NCBI GenBank assembly: GCA_965232515.1
Contig: CBDDPY010000002.1
Location: forward strand, 3,424,001-3,488,000
DNA length: 64,000 nucleotides
Direction: 5' to 3'
Origin: Alphaproteobacteria bacterium
Lineage (GTDB): Bacteria; Pseudomonadota; Alphaproteobacteria; GCA-2731375
This document shows positions 57,405 through 64,000 of the stretch, piece after piece. The notes under the pieces were generated by a model that saw only the letters and a program-made list of their open reading frames with translations, ran no database searches and was not told where the DNA came from. The first letter of the stretch is position 1. Each line of letters begins with the position of its first letter. The position numbers and the translations under genes were made by a program.

Positions 57405-58354
57405 CGCCGTTTTGCCGTCCGGTATCTCGACCATTGCTGGTCGATGAGCACGCCGACCAGGATCACCGTGCCCATGACCGCGAAGTTCAGCGAGCTGGGA
57501 ATGCCGAGAAGGTTCACCAGGTTTTGCAGGACCTGCAACAGGATGACGCCCAGCACCACGCCGACGATGGATCCCTCGCCGCCACGCAACGAGAACCCGC
57601 CGAGCACCGCCGCGGCGATGCCGTAGAGCTCGTAGAAGGAGCCGTGCGAGGCCGGCGAGATGGACCGCGTGTACATGGCGAAGAACACCGCCGAGACCGC
57701 CGTCAGGACGGCGCAGATGATATAGGCCGCGATGATGACGCGCTCGGTCCGGATGCCGGAATGGCGGGCGGCCTCGACGTTCTTGCCCACCGCGTAGAGA
57801 TGCCGGCCGAAGACCGTGCGGTGCAGCACCACCCACATGACGACGGCGATCACGGCGAAGGCGAAGAAGCTGTGCGGTATGCCGAGAAAGCGGCCGGTCG
57901 TCAGCCACTCGAGCGTGGGAAAGCTGTCGCCGAAGCCGAAGCCGGCCGTCGCGTCCTCGGTATAGAAGCGGGCGGCGCCCCGATAGATCAGCAGGCCGCA
58001 CAGCGTGACCACGAAGGGCTGCATGCCCATCTTCGTGACCAGAACCCCGTGAAACACGCCGATGACCAGGCCGAGCACCATCACGATGACAAGGGCGTAG
58101 CCCCATGGCACGCCGTGCGTGACGACGAGGTCGACAAAGATCACGCCGAGCAGGGCGATGATCGAACCGACCGAGAGCTCGATCCCGCCGGTGATGATGA
58201 CGAAGGCCTCGGCCAGCGAGAACATGCCAAACAGACCGACGAGGTTCGCCGTGTTGGCGATGTTGATGGGCGACAGGAAACGCGGGTTGATGAGCGCGAC
58301 GACGCCGCCGACCACGAAGATCAGCACCAGGAGGCCGAGATCCTTTTTCAGCAT
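57401..58354 (-). CDS. Monosaccharide ABC permease (RbsC-like)
   Basis: GGIELSVGS, PFVVTL, FGRHLYAVGKN, YELYGIAAAVLGG.SL.GG.G. Confidence 0.92.
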   Translation of the reverse strand: MLKKDLGLLVLIFVVGGVVALINPRFLSPINIANTANLVGLFGMFSLAEAFVIITGGIELSVGSIIALLGVIFVDLVVTHGVPWGYALVIVMVLGLVIGVFHGVLVTKMGMQPFVVTLCGLLIYRGAARFYTEDATAGFGFGDSFPTLEWLTTGRFLGIPHSFFAFAVIAVVMWVVLHRTVFGRHLYAVGKNVEAARHSGIRTERVIIAAYIICAVLTAVSAVFFAMYTRSISPASHGSFYELYGIAAAVLGGFSLRGGEGSIVGVVLGVILLQVLQNLVNLLGIPSSLNFAVMGTVILVGVLIDQQWSRYRTAKRR

Positions 58355-59880
58355 GGCGCGGTCACGGGCCCGATCGACGTGCCGACGGCAAGCGTCAGCA
58401 CGTTCGATTCGCTGAATTCCGCGCGGTCGAGGAAACCCGCGATCGTCCCTTCGTGGACAACCGCGATGCGGTCGCTCACGCCGATCACCTCTTCCATGTC
58501 GCTGGAGATCATCAGGACGGCGACGCCGGCATCGGCCAGTTCCCGCAGCAGCCGGTAGATCTCGTTCTTGGCGCCCACATCAATGCCGCGGGTCGGTTCG
58601 TCGAACAGAATGACCCTCGGCCGCATGGCGAGCCATTTCGCCAGCACCACTTTCTGCTGGTTGCCGCCCGACAACGCGTTGGCGGCGACCTCGACGCCCG
58701 GCACCCGGATCGCCAGCCGTTGTCGCTGCGCCTCGGCGCAATCGGTTTCGGACGCGCGGTCGACGAGATGGCCCCGCGCATGACGCCTGAGATCCGGCAG
58801 CGTGATGTTCTCGCGAATGGACATGTCGAGGAACAACCCCTCCTGCTTGCGGTCTTCCGGCGCCAGATAGATGCCGCGGTCGATGGCGTCCTTCGGCGAT
58901 GCGATGTCGACGGGCGCGCCGTCGAGGCGGATTTCGCCGGCCAGCATGCGATCGATGCCGAAGATCGCGCGGACCAGCTCGGTGCGGCCCGAGCCCATCA
59001 GGCCGGCGAGACCCAGGATCTCGCCACGGCGAAGCTCGAGCATGACCGCGCTCTCGGGAAAGGCCGCCGTTCTGACGCCGCGGACAGCCAGCGCCACGTC
59101 ACCCGGCGGGCGCGCGGGCGGCGCGTAGAGCGATTGCAGGTCGCGGCCGATCATCAGCCGGATCATGCGGTCATGTTCGATCTGACCCCGGTCGAGCGTG
59201 CCCGCGAGCGCGCCGTCGCGCAGCACCACGACGCGGTCGGCGCAGCGCGCGACCTCGCTCAGCCGATGCGAGATGTAGATGATGGCGATGCCGTCGGCTT
59301 TCAGTTCGTCGACGATCCGCAGCAGCCGGTCCGTTTCGGCGATCGTCAGGCTGGACGTGGGTTCGTCCATGATGATGAGGCGGGCGTCATGGGTAAGCGC
59401 GCGGGCGATCTCGAGCAGCTGCCGCTGCGCGATCGAAAGCTCGGCGACCGGCGTGCGGGCGCCGTAGTCGACCCCCAGCTTGTCGAGGCTCGGCTGCACC
59501 AGCGCGCGGATCCGTGCGTTGTCGACGAAGCGGAACGGCCCACCCACTGACGGCTCGCGGCCGACCATGATGTTGGCGCCGACGTCCAGATTGTCGAACA
59601 GGTTCAGTTCCTGATGCACGAAGGCGATACCGGCGGCGAGCGACTGTGCGACCGAGAGCCGGGCATGCGCGGCGCCGTCGATGCGAATGACGCCGTCGTC
59701 GGGTCCGACAACGCCGCCGAGGACCTTCATCAGCGTGGATTTCCCGGCGCCGTTTTCACCGATCAGGCCGACGACCTCGCCGGCGCGGATGGTGAGCGAA
59801 ACGCCGGCCAGCGCCGTGACGCCGGGATAGGTCTTATGGATGTCGATAAGCTCGACGAGCGCCGGCGGGTGCTTGCGCAT
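58348..59880 (-). CDS. Monosaccharide ABC ATPase (RbsA-like, two NBDs)
   Basis: GENGAGKSTLMK, MDEPTSSL, PEDRK, LSGGNQQKV, DEPTRGIDVGAK. Start could be GTG 59904. Confidence 0.93.
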   Translation of the reverse strand: MRKHPPALVELIDIHKTYPGVTALAGVSLTIRAGEVVGLIGENGAGKSTLMKVLGGVVGPDDGVIRIDGAAHARLSVAQSLAAGIAFVHQELNLFDNLDVGANIMVGREPSVGGPFRFVDNARIRALVQPSLDKLGVDYGARTPVAELSIAQRQLLEIARALTHDARLIIMDEPTSSLTIAETDRLLRIVDELKADGIAIIYISHRLSEVARCADRVVVLRDGALAGTLDRGQIEHDRMIRLMIGRDLQSLYAPPARPPGDVALAVRGVRTAAFPESAVMLELRRGEILGLAGLMGSGRTELVRAIFGIDRMLAGEIRLDGAPVDIASPKDAIDRGIYLAPEDRKQEGLFLDMSIRENITLPDLRRHARGHLVDRASETDCAEAQRQRLAIRVPGVEVAANALSGGNQQKVVLAKWLAMRPRVILFDEPTRGIDVGAKNEIYRLLRELADAGVAVLMISSDMEEVIGVSDRIAVVHEGTIAGFLDRAEFSESNVLTLAVGTSIGPVTAPC

Positions 59881-59975
59881 GGACGATCCGACAGCATTCT
59901 TCACATGGAAAGCGCTGGCGATGCCCGAACCGCGCCGAAACCGTCAGCGGGTTTCGGCGCGGTTCGGGGCGGCGT

Positions 59976-60926
59976 CTACTTGCCGAGCCGCGACTTGAGC
60001 TCGGTCTCGAACGCGTCGACGTTGGCCTTGGTGATGACCTTGGTCGGCACGATGATCAGGCCGTCGGCGGGGATCATTGACTTGTCGCCCTCGCGGTAGG
60101 CGGCCATCAGCTTCATGCCGCGATAGCCCCATTCGAAGGGATCCTGCACGACGGTGCCGGCGAACAGGCCCTGGCGCACGGCGCCCAGCGTGACCGGATC
60201 CTCGTCGAAGGCGATGACCGTGACCTCGCCCAGCTTTCCGGCGGCGCGCAGGGCGTCGTAGATCTTGGGCGGATTGTACGAGTAGAAGCCGACCATGCAG
60301 TCGATTTCCGGGTTGGCGACCAGCACGTCGTCCACGTTGGCGCGCGCCCGGGCGAAGTCGACGTCGTCGGCGCGGGTATCGACCAGCTCGATTCCTTTGC
60401 CGGCGACCGCCTGCTTAAAGCCGTCGATCCGCTCGCGCGCGTTGTCGGCGCCCAGAAAGCCGACGAAGCCCATGCACTTGCCGCCGTTCGGCATCGCCTT
60501 GACCGCGATCTCGCCGGCCTGAACGCCGGCCGCCGTGTTCGACGAGCCGAGATAGGCGATGCGGTCGCTGTCGGGCGCGTCGCTGTCGGTCGTGAACAGG
60601 GGCACCTGGACGGCGATGCGGTTGAAAGCGTCGATCGACGTCTTCGGGTCCACCGAGGAGATCATGATCGCGTCGATCCCACCGGCGACCAGATCGTCCA
60701 TCAAGGCGTTTTGCAGGGCGGCCGTGCCCTGGGCGGGATAACGGAACTGCAGATCGTAGCCAGGCAGCTCGCCCTGGGCCTTCTTGACCCCGGCTTCCGC
60801 GAGCTTCCAGAAATCGGACGCCGCGTTCACCACGAACGCGAACGACGGTTTGTCCTCGGCCCGCGCGTTCGCGCCGACCGCCAGGGCCGCCGTCAACGAC
60901 AGCCCCAAGAGAAGCGTTTTCCTCAC
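59976..60926 (-). CDS. Monosaccharide ABC substrate-binding protein
   Basis: Signal peptide from GTG 60926 (GGGAG RBS), NAASDFW, TDSDAP, NARERIDGF, AFDED, VVQDPFEWGY. Confidence 0.9.
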   Translation of the reverse strand: MRKTLLLGLSLTAALAVGANARAEDKPSFAFVVNAASDFWKLAEAGVKKAQGELPGYDLQFRYPAQGTAALQNALMDDLVAGGIDAIMISSVDPKTSIDAFNRIAVQVPLFTTDSDAPDSDRIAYLGSSNTAAGVQAGEIAVKAMPNGGKCMGFVGFLGADNARERIDGFKQAVAGKGIELVDTRADDVDFARARANVDDVLVANPEIDCMVGFYSYNPPKIYDALRAAGKLGEVTVIAFDEDPVTLGAVRQGLFAGTVVQDPFEWGYRGMKLMAAYREGDKSMIPADGLIIVPTKVITKANVDAFETELKSRLGK

Positions 60927-61004
60927 CGTATGTTCTCCCTGTTGTTGGCACGGCGCGCCGTCGTCCGATGCGCCCGCCATTGTCGAGCGGATCGCATTAT
61001 CGAT

Positions 61005-61020
61005 CTATTACTAGTATTAG
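61005..61020. promoter_or_regulatory. Candidate operator (dyad CTATTACTAGTATTAG)
   Basis: Near-perfect palindrome centred on TACTAGTA. A similar 12-mer recurs at 63610-63621. Confidence 0.55.
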
Positions 61021-61319
61021 TCAATTTCGATGCGAACTGTCGCAGTACGCTTCTCTCACGCATGCCGACCAGCCGCCAAACCGACGTATCGGATAGCGCA
61101 TGTGACACAAATTGGCCTCAAATACGTTCAAAAACTGAGAGAAATGACCAATCGAACGGCTCAAGCACATTGCCTTGTCAGCAACCATCTTTACCGATAT
61201 TTTCGTTTATCTATTAGTTTCAGTGTCGTAGCCCGTCCGGTACGCAGGCCAGACGGACGGGAATCCCCGCGGCATAAACGGCATGGCTTGCGGATCTGAC
61301 AGAACCGGATACAGACATC

Positions 61320-62084
61320 ATGCAGCCATACACGCAGTACACGAGCCTCAAAGACACGACGGTATTCGTCACGGGCGGCGCCTCGGGCATCGGCAAGGAA
61401 ATCGTTCACGCCTTCGCGGCGCAGGGATCGCGGATCGGCTTCGTCGATCTGGACGAACCCGGCGGCCGGGGGTTGCGGGCGCAGCTTCGCGACGACGGCG
61501 TCGACTGTGTGTTCGAACCCTGCGACCTGCGGGATATCGCCGCCCTGCGGCGCGCGTTCGTCGCGCTTGAAGACGCGTTGGGGCCGGCGGCGGTCCTGGT
61601 GAACAACGCCGCGCGCGACGACCGGCACGCCTGGGAGACGGTGGAGCCGGACTATTACGACGAGCGGATCGCCACCAATCTCCGGCACATGTTCTTCGCC
61701 ATTCAGGCGGTCGCGCCCGGCATGATCGCCCGCCGGCGCGGATCGATCATCAATTTCGGCTCGAATTCCTGGCTGGAAGCCACCGGCGGGATGCCCGTCT
61801 ACACCACCGCGAAGGCCGCCGTGCACGGCATGACCCGGTCATTCGCGCGGGACCTGGGCCAGCATCACATCAGGGTCAATACGGTGGTGCCGGGCTGGGT
61901 CATGACCGAGCGCCAGCGCGAACTATGGGCAACGGAAGAAGCGCTGGAGGCGCATCGGCGGCGCCAGTGCCTGCCGGAGTTGCTGCGACCGGAGCACCTT
62001 GCCAGGATGGTGCTGTTCCTGGCCTCGGACGATTCAGCGATGTGCACCGCGAACAACTTCCTCGTTGAAGCCGGATCTGTGTAG
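61320..62084 (+). CDS. SDR sugar dehydrogenase, D-xylose dehydrogenase (Caulobacter XylB)-like
   Basis: Y.SLK...FVTGGASGIG, LVNNAARDDRH, DERIATNLRHMFF, YTTAK, VVPGWVMTERQ. Confidence 0.82.
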   Translation: MQPYTQYTSLKDTTVFVTGGASGIGKEIVHAFAAQGSRIGFVDLDEPGGRGLRAQLRDDGVDCVFEPCDLRDIAALRRAFVALEDALGPAAVLVNNAARDDRHAWETVEPDYYDERIATNLRHMFFAIQAVAPGMIARRRGSIINFGSNSWLEATGGMPVYTTAKAAVHGMTRSFARDLGQHHIRVNTVVPGWVMTERQRELWATEEALEAHRRRQCLPELLRPEHLARMVLFLASDDSAMCTANNFLVEAGSV

Positions 62085-62112
62085 CCTACAACGCAAGCGC
62101 CCCCGGGCGGCG

Positions 62113-63171
62113 TCAGGCCCGCGGCGGCGCGACCGAGTCGCGCTCCACCAGCACGCATTCCATCTTCAGCAGGATGTTCCGCTCCTGCTCGGAGACGATG
62201 TCGCTGGTGACGTATTCGGACGCCCAGGTGCCCATTTCACGGTGCGGCAGGATCAGCGTCGTCAGTTGCGGCGCCAGATGCCGGGCGACTTCTTCGTCGT
62301 CGTAGCCGACGACGCTGATGTCGTCGGGAATCCGCAAGCCCCGTTCCTTCAGGGCCTGGTAGCAGCCGACGGCCATGCGGTCGTTCGAGCAGAAGATACC
62401 CGTCGGCGGCGACGGCAGATCGAGCAGCGCATGCGTGTTCTCATAGCCCGCGCTGGTCTGCCAGTTGCCGTCCCGGACCAGCTCGGGATCGAACGGAATG
62501 TCGGCGGTGGCGAGCGCCCGGCGGTAGCCCTGGAGGCGGGCCTTGGACGCATCCATCCACATCTCGCCGGTGATGATGGCGATCCGACGGTGCCCGGCCT
62601 TGATCAACACGTCGGTCGCCCGATGGCCCCCGGCTGCCTCGCCCGGCACGACGGTCGGAAACACCCGTTCCTGGGCATAGCAATTCAGCAGTACGACGGG
62701 CACGTTCGCCAGGCGCAGGGCTTCCGGCAGGCGGACCTCGCGCGTCATGATCCTGGCGTAGAGGATCGCGCCGACATCCTGCGCCAGGACATGGCTGATG
62801 GTTCGCGCCTCCAGCTCTTCGTCATCCAGCGTCTGATAGACCGTCACCATATAGCCCGCGGCCCAGGCAGTCTGACAAACGCCGTCGATCGAGACGGCGG
62901 CTTCCGGACTGGTGCCGATGCGGTCGAAGATAATGGCGATATGCGGCGTCTGCTCGCGATCGGACCGCGGCCGCCGCGTGTCGCGCCACTTGTAGCCAAG
63001 CTCGCGCGCGCTTTGCAGGACCCGGTTCTTGGTCTCTTCGGAAATCCGGATGTTCGGCGACTGGTTCAGCACGACGGAGACGGTGGACTGCGAACATCCG
63101 GCGCGTCGCGCGACGTCTGTCATCGTGACCTTGGGCGCGGGCGTTTTTCGATGCTCGGTTTTCTTGTTCAT
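62113..63171 (-). CDS. LacI-family transcriptional regulator
   Basis: TMTDVARRAGCSQSTVSVVLN HTH, GHRRIA.I.G, PTGIFCSNDRMA.G, RIPDDISVVGYDD, PQLTT. Start uncertain. Confidence 0.92.
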   Translation of the reverse strand: MNKKTEHRKTPAPKVTMTDVARRAGCSQSTVSVVLNQSPNIRISEETKNRVLQSARELGYKWRDTRRPRSDREQTPHIAIIFDRIGTSPEAAVSIDGVCQTAWAAGYMVTVYQTLDDEELEARTISHVLAQDVGAILYARIMTREVRLPEALRLANVPVVLLNCYAQERVFPTVVPGEAAGGHRATDVLIKAGHRRIAIITGEMWMDASKARLQGYRRALATADIPFDPELVRDGNWQTSAGYENTHALLDLPSPPTGIFCSNDRMAVGCYQALKERGLRIPDDISVVGYDDEEVARHLAPQLTTLILPHREMGTWASEYVTSDIVSEQERNILLKMECVLVERDSVAPPRA

Positions 63172-63609
63172 GTGGACCACGATCGCATGCGCCCTAGTGG
63201 ACGCCAGAGCCGTTCGGGCGCCATGACCGTAGCGTCCGAGCTTTGGTCCAGTCGCCATCGGAATGGCCGACGCGCCCCGCCCTCAGATACACGTTGCGCC
63301 GCCGACGTTCAAACGCGACCGCGTTTCCACCGGCGCCGGCCCGGCGCGGACGCCGCCCCAAGCCGGCTCGAGCGGGCATGGCGACGTGGCGTTTCCGTTC
63401 GATCAAATGTACGTCCGCCCAACTTTCAATGAAGAAAAAATTAGCAATATTATCCAGAAGGCGTCAATTCGAATTCCGCTTCGATCGCGTCGCAACGGCG
63501 TCAAGATCCTTGAATTCTTGCGATATCCCGGCAAACAAAGGGCCTTGAGCCCAACCGGCAACCCCAATGCGCTCGACGGATTCGCGCATTGACCGATAGG
63601 ATAAATTAG

Positions 63610-63621
63610 TATTATTAGTAT
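63610..63621. promoter_or_regulatory. Candidate operator, second copy (TATTATTAGTAT)
   Basis: One mismatch to TATTACTAGTAT at 61006-61017. Directly upstream of the GGGAGG RBS of the last gene. Confidence 0.5.
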
Positions 63622-63636
63622 ATCGGGAGGCAGGTC

Positions 63637-64000
63637 ATGAAGATCCTGGTGACCGGAGCGACCGGCAAGGTTGGCGGCGAGGTCATGCGGCGACTGTTCG
63701 ACGAGAACGTGGCGCCGGACGCGTCCGTCGTGGCGCTCTGTCATAACCGCACCTTGCCGGCCCGTGACCGGCTGACGATCGTGCGCGGATCGATCGACGA
63801 CCGAAACGTCGTTTCGTGGGCCATGTCCGGCGTCAGCCACGTCATCCACACGGCGACCTGCAAGGAAACCCCCGACCAGATCATGGATGTGGCGGTCAAG
63901 GGGCTGTTCTGGCTGCTCGAGGAATTCCGCCAGTCGCCGACGGCTAAGCAATTCATCCTGATCGGCGGGGATGCCGGCATCGGGCATTTCTTCCATGACC
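63637..64000 (+). CDS. NAD(P)-dependent epimerase/dehydratase-family oxidoreductase, truncated by the window end
   Basis: Not in the ORF track. Manual translation MKILVTGATGKVGG...VSHVIHTATCKE...FILIGGDAG. GGGAGG RBS. Confidence 0.85.
   Translation, partial: MKILVTGATGKVGGEVMRRLFDENVAPDASVVALCHNRTLPARDRLTIVRGSIDDRNVVSWAMSGVSHVIHTATCKETPDQIMDVAVKGLFWLLEEFRQSPTAKQFILIGGDAGIGHFFHD

Overview
High-GC bacterial chromosomal segment, most likely from an alphaproteobacterium (Rhodospirillales/Rhizobiales-like gene set, Bjgb-type globins, a DUF1127 gene, CIR/RIME-type palindromic repeats). It holds about 55 genes, mostly for transport and catabolism. These include five ABC systems (Liv-, Dpp-, Phn-, Ugp- and ribose/xylose-type), SDRs, hydrolases, PPK2, MscS, a PAS-GGDEF cyclase and a STAND-type NTPase. 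I saw no rRNA, tRNA, CRISPR array, prophage or transposase. Main candidates: (1) a complete ribosome-dependent attenuator architecture upstream of a dapA-family gene, with a sigma70 promoter, a leaderless 25-codon peptide containing Thr-Thr-Leu-Lys-Leu-Lys-Thr and an intrinsic terminator, suggesting lysine-sensing attenuation; (2) a stand-alone GST that closely resembles dichloromethane dehalogenase DcmA but lacks the dcm gene context; (3) two paralogous single-domain globins around a LysR gene; (4) a mandelate racemase-like and nitrilase pair next to a hydroxy-acid permease; (5) two convergent Pho-box-led operons (phnCDEE and ugpBAEC-pehA) enclosing a STAND protein whose cyclase domain has both metal-binding Asp replaced by Glu. 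All family calls come from motif reading and recall, not database searches. Several start codons were moved from the ORF track to the ATG/GTG with a visible RBS.
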